Assembly (NCBI GenBank): GCA_040954595.2
Contig: CM082592.2
Coordinates: forward strand, 9,101,677-9,165,676
Reading direction: 5' to 3'
Length of the DNA: 64,000 bases
Source of the DNA: Balanoglossus misakiensis
Taxonomy: Eukaryota; Animalia; Hemichordata
Below the pieces are notes generated by a model that saw only the letters and a list, made by a program, of their open reading frames with translations, was not told the DNA's origin and searched no databases. The translations under genes were made by a program, and so were the position numbers. This document shows, one piece after another, positions 41,049-53,128 of this stretch; positions within the stretch are counted from its first letter, which is position 1, and each line of letters starts with the position of its first letter.

Positions 41049-41843
41049 ATGTTGGGAAAAGATTGCTTCGTCGTTGTGTTACTCTGGATGTCATTCTGCC
41101 ACGGAACGAAGTCTACTCCCGTACTTTCTACCCACAAACCGTGTGATGGTCACTTTGACTGTTTAGGAGAGAAGCAGGCGAGATTGCCGACTGGGGGCGA
41201 AAATCGATCAACAAGTAACCCCACTGGTTCCTCCTCAAGCTCCCGGGGGACAAAGTTTTCAAACCAGACACCTGTACCTGCCCGAGCTTTGACTGAACTC
41301 CCTGATCTGAAGGCCACTGCGACAAAAAGTGAAGATCGGAGAAGCACGGACGCTCTGTCTCCGTATGAAGATGACGCTACCATCACCACTACCCGCTCGC
41401 CTCAGAATGCGGAAGATAGCACAATCGTCGCCCGATCCAAGGCGATAGCAGGAACGCAAAATGAAATTCAATCGGATGAAAATTCGGGTGCAGAAAGTGA
41501 TAACGTGAACAAAAGTCTATACGCGGGAAGTACTGACTCGAACGAGACGGAGGACGCTAAATCTCCGGGGCAACGGTCGGATGACGAAGAAGATCAAAAG
41601 CAGAACTCTCTCATCACTGAACCCATGGACACAACTGAAACTTCGACAACTGGGGTACGTACATCCGCTGGTTTCGAAGAAGACATCCGGCGATCTGGCA
41701 ATCGCGAGAGAAGCAGAGAGATTAATACAATAGCCGTTGTATCAACATTTCTCATCACACTTGGAGGAGTCACTGTAACACTGGTTGTACTGGACTGTTT
41801 CTACTTTGCCAAGTCTGCTACGCGCCCCGCCTTGCGTAAATGA
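41049..41843 (+). CDS. Gene F: intronless lectin-less type I membrane protein (signal peptide, CDGHFDC motif, S/T/acidic stalk, TM with Asp, short basic tail)
   Basis: 264-aa ORF starting GCCATG. Signal MLGKDCFVVVLLWMSFCHG. TM IAVVSTFLITLGGVTVTLVVLDCFYFAK shares the D-x-F-Y ending of genes B and C. AATAAA at 41929. Confidence 0.8.
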   Translation: MLGKDCFVVVLLWMSFCHGTKSTPVLSTHKPCDGHFDCLGEKQARLPTGGENRSTSNPTGSSSSSRGTKFSNQTPVPARALTELPDLKATATKSEDRRSTDALSPYEDDATITTTRSPQNAEDSTIVARSKAIAGTQNEIQSDENSGAESDNVNKSLYAGSTDSNETEDAKSPGQRSDDEEDQKQNSLITEPMDTTETSTTGVRTSAGFEEDIRRSGNRERSREINTIAVVSTFLITLGGVTVTLVVLDCFYFAKSATRPALRK

Positions 41844-42237
41844 CGTAGGCCTAAGAGCATTTCGTCTGAAGTTGACTGGCGCATTCAAGGTGTAATACCA
41901 TCGTGGCATTTTGTTTTCGTTAAATGTCAATAAAGATTATCAAAAAAGTAAAAGTTTCCGTGTGAATGTGATCTTTCTTTGGGGGAAAAGGGGACCTACG
42001 TTATCTTAATATTCTGTTAAGAAAACAACCAAATGTGGCTCTAATTTCGTTCAGCAAATCCTTAAATTCTACGTTGCAATGTCTCAAGCTCCGTACACGC
42101 TACTTTTGATGTCATTTATAATACATATAGCTATTTATAACCGTGGCTATGAGTATGACGCGTGCACGTCCTCGTTTCGAGGGTGGTTTCACCTCAGATG
42201 ACCTTTGAACTCTCTACCCTGGTCATATGATCACAAG

Positions 42238-45200
42238 ATGGCGGACGACGACGACAGGTAGGCCAAAGCGTTATGTAAACTCCTTTAAAATGGGGTTTGT
42301 TGTGCTTTATTATGTTGCGGGTTGTGTCACCGAAAACCATGGTGTGCAGTTCTCCAAAAGGTTTAATGCAAATTGCTACGGACTCGACAAAAATAGCAGC
42401 ATGGCTCTCGGTAACAAGGTTGGTGTACGTGGTCATGGTGGTGTGTGTGTCACGTACATGACATGAACTTTGTTTTGAAGACTAGCGGAGCGACACCGGT
42501 CGCTGTCTGCCGGGATACAGTACAGTTGCACAGTGACTTCGGTGCTGAATGTCTGGCATCGCATGGCAGTAGCCGTTACACCCGTCTCGCCACGCGCACG
42601 ACCGTGACACGCTATGAAACAGCCTTGGTTGCACAGGCGGTCGACCCCCACTAACTGTAGCCTGATGTGTATACGGTACCATCTCTCTATGGTATATCAC
42701 ATCAGGCTACAGTCAGTGGGAGTCGGCCGCCTATGCTTGATTGAATAATGCGCCACAATTCGCATAAAAAGGCTCTTATCAAGGGTGAACTTTTTTCTAT
42801 AGATTTGTTATCATTTTCTGACAGTCTCGTGCAGGAGACTTGAAATGCGTGTTGGGGTCGGGGTGTAATCTACAAACTAGTGCGTTGACCGAAATTGCAC
42901 GTCCGCGTGCGTGTTGATTCTGGTCTCCTGTGTCGTGACACTTAGTCTGGTACCCAGTCGTGTTTTATCCGCTTTGCTTTTGGAGCAAAGCGGACAAAAC
43001 TAGACTATGAGTGCCCCCATGACCCAGTGACACAGATAAAAAGAAACTTGAAGTAGCAAACTCCCACCACATTTAGAGACCAGACTGTTTTATTTATCCA
43101 CATTGTTGGTGAATTCTTACCCGTCCCTATGATATACAAAAGCAGATGGCAGTACCAGCCACCCTGGATGAAAAACAGATCCCACTTACTAAAACCATTG
43201 AATATGTCAATAATTGAACAGACAACAACCATAAAATGACCTGTATAACTGAGCACTGATGGCCTCAAATTGCAGGGCAGGCCAGCCCATCCTTCACCTT
43301 CGACCCTCCTGTCTGAACTTTGTTCAAGATTATTGTTTACGCAGGGATGACCTGATAATGAGGGGAACCCTTTTGAAAAGTTGAATCTTGCCATTATAAG
43401 ATTTGAATGGATCTAGCTGCAATCATTGTAGCCTTGGTGGGATGGTTGGGTTGCTGGATCATGCGTGATGTTTTGTACCTGTGGCTTGTGCTGTACATCA
43501 TGCACGATCCAACAACCCAACCAGCCCACCAAGGCTACAATTATTGCAGCTAGCAGCTAGAATAGATCATCACACAGTGTTGAATTTGATTTGACACACA
43601 GCGCGGAGCAGCAGCTGTTCTTTGTGTTTGACCACTCTGCAATGCAACGCGAAGAGGATGATTTGAAAGATGCAATAGTCTACCTCCACCCACAAATGGT
43701 ACAGTGTATTTCTTTTTCTTTTTGTCTTTCCTTTAATCTGTTTGAAAATTTCAAAAATCTTATCCAAAGCATATGTCTGAAGATTGGGTTGTCTTTTTTG
43801 GTACGTGAAATGTGATCGTGAAAAAGGCACAGCTACAGGAGCATTAACCTCACTGGTATATTGACAGGTGCTGAAGAAGAAAATGCTTTATGAGAAACAA
43901 TGTAATCTGTGTGGTCAACTGATGGGAATGATTCGATGTGTACAAGATTTGACAAAGTCACCGCCCAAGTTTTTCAAGTTGAAGCGTTTGAAGTTTGCAA
44001 TTGAGTACGATGGCGTCTACACTGTGGTAAGTCTGATTTTGTGAATTTTTATACAAGATCTATGTCATTTCTGTTAATTTGGGTTTCTTTTGGGGGTGTT
44101 TCTCATCTGAGCAAATTTCTGATTAAATTACTCGTGTTTTATCATCCCAACATAACAGGCACTGGCGGGGAGTTTATCAGACCCAGATTCAATTCTGTCC
44201 AAGAGAATGAAGCGACTGTTTTCAATATTTACATTTTACCATGGGTCCATTGAGGCAGTTTTACAGGTTGGTCTACACTGTGTTTAATAGTTCTTTGTGC
44301 GTGCGTTTGTGTGAGTGCCATATGACTTGCAGTTGCACTGATTGGCATCTTCTTGAAATCACAGATCTCACTGCTGTGATACCACAGTGATTAAATCTAG
44401 ATTGTTATTTATTCTGGCCACCTGGTAAGCGACTTCTTAATTTTGTGGAATGTTCATTTTTACACATTCCACTTTCCTTGCATCTTGTCACCTCCCACTA
44501 ACAGGCAGAGGGCAACGACAGAAAAGCATTCCTGACCCAGATGGCCCGGATTTGGGAATGCTACCTTCCGTACGTCCACAACTACGGCAACTTAATGGCA
44601 GCCGTGTTCAACCCATTGGCAAGAGTCAAATTTCCAAAGGTAAGTTTTCCATCTGATTTCGGTTTGTATGTCATTTCCAATTCCTTATTTCAATAACTCC
44701 TAACAAGAGATGGCCCAGCATGCATCCTAATGCCGGTTTCCTCTCTCTTGCTCCTCCAGGGTCAGCCGTCTTTGTTTTTGAAGATATCTCACATGCTACA
44801 GTGCTGTCAGAGCCATCCGGGGGTCATGGCAGGCTGCCTTATTTACAACAACAGTGTCTTGTATAGTCAACTGTCAACTGATCTTCTATGCAGGCTTTTA
44901 CTTCTCAGACCAAATCAAAGTAATGTGAGTATTGCAGTCATCCAGTTCAAAATGCCAGTTGCATGTGCAATGATCCTTTGAACTCTGAACTATGACCTCT
45001 ATTACCCATGACATCACATAACAAGAATTGTCAAACTCAACTTGATATTCTTTCCCTACTCTCTCTCTTTCAGCATCCTTCGAATCCAGTCCACACAGGT
45101 AATCAATAGTTTATACTTCATTTCTGCCTGAGCCACTGTTTTAAAGTGTGACAGTCTTACATCTAAGAGGCAGCCTATTTTGAAAACAAAAATTTACAAT

Positions 45201-48076
45201 GGTGTAGTGTAATGATATTATTTGTTGTGACAACAGACATGTTCACCCATTCAATCTATGTTTGTGTCTGTTTTCTCCTAAAACGAAGAATTCCAAGTGC
45301 CAGTTGGAGTGAGAATCATTTCAGTTTACTTGACAAGTAAAGAATACAGACAGCTAAACCACAGGAGAGTTTCCAAGCACAGGAGGCCCGTGTACACCAT
45401 GATGACACCCACGATAAGGAGGTCACCCGACAGCACAGGTTTCGACTCCAGGAGATTCCCGGGGGATTCCTCCAGTGTGTCCTTCCATCTCTCAGGGAGC
45501 AGTCCGGACATCTCGGCCATGTCCGACTTCGACTCCGACATTTCGTCCACCAGGAACGTGAGGTGGTCGTCGGAGAGCAGTGACAGCCTGTACAGGCGGG
45601 ACACCGGCAGATTCTCCGAGGACGGCACTTTTGGCCGAGACGAACTGAGCCACAGGAATATGGAGGGGTCGGTGTCGGAAAGCTCGTCGGTGGACTCCCG
45701 GAGATCCGGGCGGAGGACGCAGCAGGCGGATTTCAGCGTGGAGAATTTGACCCGCCTGATCAAGACGATTTCGGGAAACTGTCTGGAGGACTTGGCCAAA
45801 CACGACAGGTTGCCGGAGGTTGGTAACGAGACGCCGGAATCAGAGGGGGACCTCGGTGGGAAGAGCGTTGACGGCAATGAAGAGGTGCGTTCGGAACCGA
45901 CGAGCCCAAACGGTGTGAATGCACTGTACAAAGACTACACCATTATCGAGGAGAACGACAGTGAAGTGTTGCTTGTCAAAAATCTTCCATTGGACAAAAA
46001 TGTGGACGATGTGTTTATTGATACGAAAGTCAGTGTCAGAAAGGGCAAACTTGGGATTAGTAAAGCTGGCCAGGAGGTGAACGGCGTAAGTGCAAACTCG
46101 CCACTTCTGTTGGAGACTGTGCATAACATGAATGGCGGTGGTGATCTCGTGACCGGAACTGAAATCTTACCAAAGAGCAAGAACAAGCACTGCAAAGACA
46201 ATGGCAGTGGCGATGCAGGCATCACCAGGCAGCTATTTAGAGACGTCGGCAGCTCAGGTCAAAGTTTGCAAGTGGGCAGGTCGCAGAATAAGAAAGACGG
46301 AAAGGTGTCGGGCAGTAGGACAGTCGGGAGTGAAATGGGAAAGGGGAGTGTAAACCCAGCTAGATTGGGAAGTCCAAGCAAACAGGATGAGACGTCAAGT
46401 CTCAGTGACCAGGAAATTGCCAGGGGACTCAGAAATAGAGGCGAAAGCACAAGGACTACGCAGAGGCAAATGTCAGGGTCTGAATCAGGAAGTGAGCGCC
46501 CTCTATCAGCAGATTTTGATAAAGAAAGTGACTTTTCCTTTCAATCCAGGCCAGATAGTTTACCAGGTAGTCTACAGACATTGGACGACATTGATGAGGA
46601 GGTATACTTCCTATTTATTGTATTCACGATTTTTGCAGACTTCATAGTATCATATTAACTTCTGTATGGTCTGGCTGTCTGGACTTGAATGTTGTGACGG
46701 AAAGAGCAAAATATGTCCAAAAGTGCATATAATTGATATTACAAGTGACATGATCATGACATGAAATACTATGTTTTCCACCCGACAGCCTGATGGTTCA
46801 TTGAAGAATGTCAGCCTGTACGTACAAGGTCACTCCAAAATAGTCTTGTTGTTGATACTGGAGAAGAGGGCCTCGAAGGACGAGTCTACAATACACTTAC
46901 TGGTACGTCTGCATGGGTGCTGGTGGTGTTGTGTCTCTGTGGCAGGGTTGCAAGGGCGAGGTCACGTTCAACTTCAGGAGAAGTGCCACTTCTTACACAG
47001 TGTACCTTGTGACCTTGGCAAACATGGAAAAAATTAGTTCAGAATGGAAACTGGAATTTGACATTGGCTTACTCTGCCCTCAGACTTACGGTTGCCCTTG
47101 AAGTCCTTAGTTGCATGCACATTGGTCCATACTGGGCATATGAAAGAGTGAGGTTACTTGTCTTGAGTGTTTTTCAGTGATGTTGATTTTTTTCTGTTTC
47201 ACAGTGGAAATCGGTGCTCCAACAGCTTGGCGAGTTGGAGATCAGTATACAGCATGCTTTGGAGAGACAACACAAAAAGGTAAAGTCGAACAATCAGTCG
47301 ATCAATCAATCAGTCAGTCAGTCGATCACAATTATGCACTTGATAAGTCTTTAAATTGCAGTCTTTAAATCTGTCTTCTGTAGAACATAACACTATCTTT
47401 TTTGCTCTCTCCAGAACCGAGTAAAAAATTATAACTATCTGGTGTATGATGATGATGATAAATCCCTGACTGGTAAGTCTCAATAAATTGTGGTTTTACA
47501 TTTCATATCACTATAGTTTGACTTTATTCACCAGTCTTTCTTATTTATATTCGACGATAAGTTCTTTTTTCTTGTCTGTCTGGTTACATTTCATTCATTT
47601 AGTTATGACCTTTGACCCATGACAGGTAACCTACTTGAGCCTGTGGTGGCTACTGAGCATGCTCTGTGTGACGTTGCCAAACGGCTGCATCACGAGTTTG
47701 AGCAGACTGAGGTGCTAACAGATATGACTGTCAGGTAAGCTGCTCGTTTCCATGGAAATTCAACCTTTTTATCTGAAGTCAAAATATCATTAAGCCTCAC
47801 GATGGCTAGGCTAAACAGACTTGAGAACAGATGATTTACGAAACTGCAATTTTCCACAATGATGTTTTGTTCTGAAAGGCTATCTCTCCCTCCGATTTCA
47901 GGAATTTCTCTACAGTTGTGTACGGCCGACACACGTTATCCAAGGAGACCTACTTCCAACCCAAGGGTGTGATTCGACCAAATCTGGGAGCGCCCTCGTG
48001 CAAAGACGGGGCCCTGCTGCTGGAGTCCAAGGCCAGCAGCAGGCTTCCTGCAGATAACAAAATCGCTATGTTGTGA
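42238..48076 (+). CDS. HPS4: Hermansky-Pudlak syndrome 4 protein homologue (BLOC-3 subunit, longin domains), 13 coding exons
   Basis: Exons 42238-42257 (AAGATGGCG, MADDDD), 43602-43698, 43868-44026, 44159-44266, 44505-44639, 44760-44924, 45074-45098, 45289-46601 (large disordered insert), 46789-46902, 47205-47279, 47415-47472, 47626-47734, 47902-48076. Motifs FFVFD...EEDD...IVYLHP, LCGQLMGMIRCV...PPKFFKLKRLKFAI, AGCLIYNNSVLYSQL, LYVQG and RNFSTVVYG...ETYFQ...G-P--DGALLLESKA match HPS4 as I recall it. Confidence 0.92.
42631..42736. repeat. Imperfect palindrome (39-bp arms, 4 mismatches), MITE-like, HPS4 intron 1
   Basis: GCACAGGCGGTCGACCCCCACTAACTGTAGCCTGATGTG (42631-42669) versus the reverse complement of 42698-42736. 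Confidence 0.75.
42943..43007. repeat. Short hairpin element with TAGTCT...AGACTA ends, HPS4 intron 1
   Basis: 17-bp inner stem GTTTTATCCGCTTTGCT / AGCAAAGCGGACAAAAC with 1 mismatch, plus 6-bp inverted termini. Confidence 0.55.
43413..43553. mobile_element. MITE-like palindromic element (~58-bp arms, 5 mismatches, CTAG at both ends), HPS4 intron 1
   Basis: CTAGCTGCAATCATTGTAGCCTTGGTGGG... pairs with ...CCCACCAAGGCTACAATTATTGCAGCTAG. Confidence 0.7.
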
Positions 48077-51000
48077 GCCAGCCTTTACAACGATTCTGGG
48101 AACATTTGGCCAGTGACTTGTGCGCTGAAGCGATAATTGAAAGCGTGCCGTTTGGCAAATTTGTGCAGAATCTGACATCGTGCGTGACTGACATTGATCG
48201 TGCTCGGCATACTGGCACTTAATTTTTTTGTACAGAAAGTGAGGGTGTTTTAAGCTGCATTGCAACAATCCAGAAAACTGCCAAAAGTTACTTGTGATCT
48301 TGGCCATGTGTGTGTTCACTTGGCTGTGTTGTCTTTCTACGACTGTAAACAGTTTACACTGAAAAGAAAAACAAACAAACACACAAATCAATCAAAACAA
48401 AAATATTGCAGTTATGACGTTTTCTGACTCCCATAAGATAATGAAGTATTTTAATACATTTGAATTGTGGCCATAAACCTGCAGAACTGTGGGTAACCCC
48501 AGGTTTATAGTGCAATATGTACTTACATTGGTAGAATTCTCCTAAAGATATGCTAGATTTACAAATGATATGTTCTATAGAGTTTCTGTCCACAGATCTA
48601 CATTTTACCCGTGAAAAGAAAATTTTAATATAAATGTAGAATGGGCGGGAGAGCCCACTTATAGACAGAGACCTTCTTTTAGTGTGTCCATGTTTTTAAA
48701 CTGATAGTAACTATACAATTGAAGGTAATCAATGAAATTTTCAAGAAGTAAGTTGTTTTATCAACAGATAATGAACTTCGGTGCAAAACGTGTCGCATTT
48801 TAAAAATATAACTTTTCAGTAAAATTCAAAATCAGTATTTAAATATTGAACCTAAGTTAAAATCCAATTGTGTTATATTGTACATCCAATGGATGTCATA
48901 GTACCATCAAGGTGTGCGTCTCATTGAACCATTTGGTTCTGTTTTTTATCTACATTACAATCAAAACTGGATCCAAGTTATTCCGTGTACCCTACGCTTG
49001 ACAAGGCATCTTGGGAGGGTTTGATTCTTGCCTTTCTGATGTCGTCTGTCAGACTGAAAAGGGAAACAGTTGTAAGACTGTTGTATATTTTGTACATACT
49101 TTATGTGGTTATGATGTAGGTGTCTTACTGTTCAAAACAGTACTATTATGATAAATTATATCAGTGATGTGTGTGCGTGTGACAGCATATTTGGAGAGCG
49201 ATTGTGTACAGCATGGTACATTGTAATGCCTTTATTTAACCCACCTGTCCAGTTTGAATTTGGTTCAGTCTGCCATTCATTTGTTTATTGGAAAGTTCTA
49301 TGTAGCAGAGATATAGGGGTGCGTAGTAGAGACAGAGCAATTATGCCTTTTGTTCCAAATCCTGAGGATTGATGTTTTTTTTATTTCATGTGTTTATGTT
49401 TCATTTAAAACTATGGACTGTGCTGTAATGGAGATTACTCTTGATTGTTTTAAAATTAATATTTGAGTTGAAATGAACTTCCGAGAGTTTTATTCTGCTG
49501 TTCCAAAACCAGTGGAGGTGCAAGCATGATTTTATTTAGCCGAATGCTTTGGTGCAGTTTGTACAGTATGAGATAGAAAGTGCAGTTTTTCACAGGACTT
49601 AAACATTAATTTTCATGTAAGATTGTTTTGACCAATTTGGAGCAATTTCATCTTTACTTTTTCCTTTATTTAAATGATTTTTAAAAGTTGAAAATCGTTT
49701 GGTAGTGTTTTGGCAAGAGGCAATTTGAGTAATCCCAAAGAAGGTCAAAAATAAATCTACTTTTCAAAGTTGATTTTTTAGTTTGGATTATAGAAAAAAA
49801 AAAACCAGTGGAGGCGTGGGAAAAGGGCAGAAGTTACCAAACCTTTGAAAATGGCATAGAAAAACATAAGAAAGCCGATTTCTTGGTAAGTAACATTTTT
49901 ATTTTTAACCAAGTATAGCTATAGTGCGCAACTGACATTAGACGTAAATATACACAAACTGAGTACAGTATTTGCAACAAATATCTATTTAAACATGTTA
50001 ACATTCACTCTTACAATGCAATTGGCATGGCGAGTTATCAAAATCCACAGTCAAGCGTGTCGAATACATTTCTTAGTCGGGGGATAATATCAAAGAGTTG
50101 ATTATTAATATATTTTTCATCATTATAAAAAACTTGTATAAAATATTTTCCTTGTTGTAAATATTAGTCTTCATCGTTGGAGACACACCCCATACATCAT
50201 TTGGTAGAAATTTTAAAGTCCCCAAAAGTTTACCGTCTCAATAAAATCCCATACTGGAAACGAACTAGGAAAAGATAGCAGAGCCTGTGTTGTGAGTTTA
50301 GTCATTTCATATTATGTCCCAAGCAAGGGATGAATATCCGATTATATGGTTCAATCCTCGCACCCCTACAATAGCCCAAAATGGTTTGGACTACTTCATT
50401 AACATGGGAGTCGCACAGCAATTTGTTAAGAATAGCTACCACGCTTATAATACTGTCATGAAAAGTTTGAAAAAATAGCATTACATAAAATCTTTTGGCT
50501 CTTTAATATAAAGATACTAGTTTGTGTCTTGTGCTGCAATACAATCTACCACAAACAGTAACCGTTACAAAACTCCGTCAAAACAGTTTGACATCATGTG
50601 TTTGGCAACTCATCTGTGAAATACTGCTAGAGGTGTATAGTGTGTTACTCAAACACAAGATGTCAAAATTACATTTTACATGTATATATGTTGAGAAAAC
50701 CTCTCTCAAAGTACAGTTCCTGGTTAAATTGTCAACTACCTCATAAAATCAGTAAAGCACTTTAAAATAACCACTGTGTTATGTAAACTGCCTTGTGTGA
50801 GCTGAGCGAGTTCTAGGTTTGATAGCTTTCCTTTTTTCTTTTCCAGATTTTCAACAGGTTTTTCAGATACAGTGAGTGCGCTTCTAATCTTAATTGTCTG
50901 GAGATAAAAAACAACTGACAAACACATTAACCCCTTGACCTTTGACGCAAAGGTCGTGACCAGGGCTATGTATATTCTTAGTCACAGAGTTGGGGTGTTT

Positions 51001-51475
51001 GTCTGAAGCAAGTACATACAAGTATCATGCCTGAAGTCAAAAATATGGTAAGAGAATGCAAATTACTACTTTTGCTTGTTTGAATTTCATTGATGTAAAC
51101 CCTAACATTTCACCAACCCTTTGGCAAAAATACAGGAAATGAAAGTTAAATTCCATGTTAAAATCCAATATTTTATTGCATTAGAATTCACAATGGCTCT
51201 CTGACTACTACCAGAGATCTGTCTGTGCGTGTTCAATACCTAGACTTGAATACAACAAGATATATGATCACCTATACAGCTTAAAATACAGCCAATCACA
51301 GATTTTATTGGGTGCCACCACATGGTCATTAGAACACTCAGACTTGATTTTTGACCATATCTAGAGAGAGGTGACCGTATACCTTTAATCCCCCTGCCCG
51401 TACATGGATCTGGCCTAACTTTTCACAAACAATCGGTCATTCTAAAATACAGAGGTGGCAAAGGTTGACTCACTT

Positions 51476-51776
51476 TTGCGAGTTCTATAAACATTTTACA
51501 TTTTTGTCAGCTGGGGTGATTTTAATGCTCCTGAAAAATTAGTCAAATTAGTTTATACCACTGTGCTTGTGCATCAAAAATTAAATTCATAAATTAATTA
51601 ATTAAATAACAAACTGCTGTTGATTGCGAGTTCTATAAACATTTTACATTTTTGTCAGCTGGGGTGATTTTAATGCTCCTGAAAAATTAGTCAAATTAGT
51701 TTATACCACTGTGCTTGTGCATCAAAAATTAAATTCATAAATTAATTAATTAAATAACAAACTGCTGTTGATTGCG
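51476..51776. repeat. Exact 148-bp tandem duplication bounded by TTGCG microhomology
   Basis: 51476-51623 equals 51624-51771. TTGCG occurs at 51476, 51624 and 51772. Confidence 0.92.
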
Positions 51777-53128
51777 TCTTCAAAACATTTGCCATAATGT
51801 TTTTTTAAAGTCTGCAAAAACCATGACCAGTAAAATGAACTAATGCTAGAATCCAAAGATTAGGAAAAATGAAATTGTGCATCCAAAACTTGACTTCTGC
51901 AATAAAAATGTGCACAAATCTAAACCCATATGCCACATGACACATAAATCCTGATTACAGCCTATGACACAAAAAGTCTGACACTGAAACATTAATTAGT
52001 CTTGTACAGAAAAAAATAAACAACAGAAAACCAGGTAATATATACACAACACAGGACAAGAATAAGTACAGTACATCTTTAAAGTTGAAACAAGAATATA
52101 AGAAATTTCCCCCCAAAAGAGATATCGAAAATTCAATATGCCGATCAAAATTTTTTTGGCCATAATATTAACTAATAATAGCACTGAATTAAATATGGTA
52201 ACTTTCATCTTGGTTATGGAAAAGCCGGATTACAATACTGTGCTGTGATTTTAAAATTGTCAAGTTGTTTTATTCTCGAATTGTATCGTTATCAAATTAA
52301 ACAGAGATTCTACTTGTATTCCAGAAAACTGGAGGCATTTGGGATTGAGTGCCAACCGCAATTGGTAAACAAACACAAATCAGGCTGGCTAGTAATAAAA
52401 ACTGCAAGTGAATATAATCTTTAAAAAAAACTTTGATTCTTCATTTTATATAAAAGAAAAATAATACAAGACTTGGTTGATATGGTTGTAGAGATTAGTT
52501 TCTTTCAACTTCGAAATGTAAATAATTTGAGAAGTAAGTTTTCTATGATTTTTTATTGAGGGATGTGGGGCACGGTTTTTCTGTTTACCACATGTGAGAA
52601 ATTGCAGGGATATTCTAACAATGACTGCCATGTCTCTTCTACACTTCGCATGTTAGGGGCAAATAAAAGTATGTCATAAGATTCAACACTCGAAAGAAGT
52701 GGTGCATCGTCAAAGGCATCTGTATTTTGTGTGTGACCAAACACAATTACGTAGCACGAGTCCTGCTAAAAAATAAACCACATTCTTGTAACAAAATAGG
52801 CAACACCTTTTTAGTGCTGCCGTAGCAATGTCCGATTTTCCACTGCTCGATTAAATACATGTAAGCATAGCAGCAACTGTAGAATAACTTTTGGTATCAT
52901 CAGAGATATAAGCAATCCCACTGTGTGACTATGTTGCTCAAATTGTGTTTTGTCTCTATTTCTGGGGTACATCACCCAACCTTCAGAATCAGAGAGAATG
53001 GCCCTATATGACAGCACCCTCTACAACTGGGCGAAGGACTGTGTCAGCAAGTCCTTAACTTACGCTTAACAACTAGGTTTTACTAAATTACAGCTTTTAT
53101 ATTATAAAAAGAAATCCTTTTGGAAACT

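Noticed and set aside
42199-42233. TGACCTTTGAACT (DR1-like) and GTCATATGAT (E-box-like) just upstream of the HPS4 ATG
   Set aside because: Short motifs. The E-box core CATATG is not the CACGTG/CATGTG CLEAR or M-box core, so a TFEB/MITF link is unsupported.
45326-45931. 201-aa minus-strand ORF
   Set aside because: Antisense shadow of the large Ser-rich HPS4 exon.
47746-47759. X-box-like GTTTCCATGGAAAT in an HPS4 intron
   Set aside because: Not promoter-proximal; noted as evidence that such motifs have a background rate.
50927-51300. TTAACCCC start suggestive of a piggyBac-type end
   Set aside because: I found no matching inverted terminus or transposase remnant.
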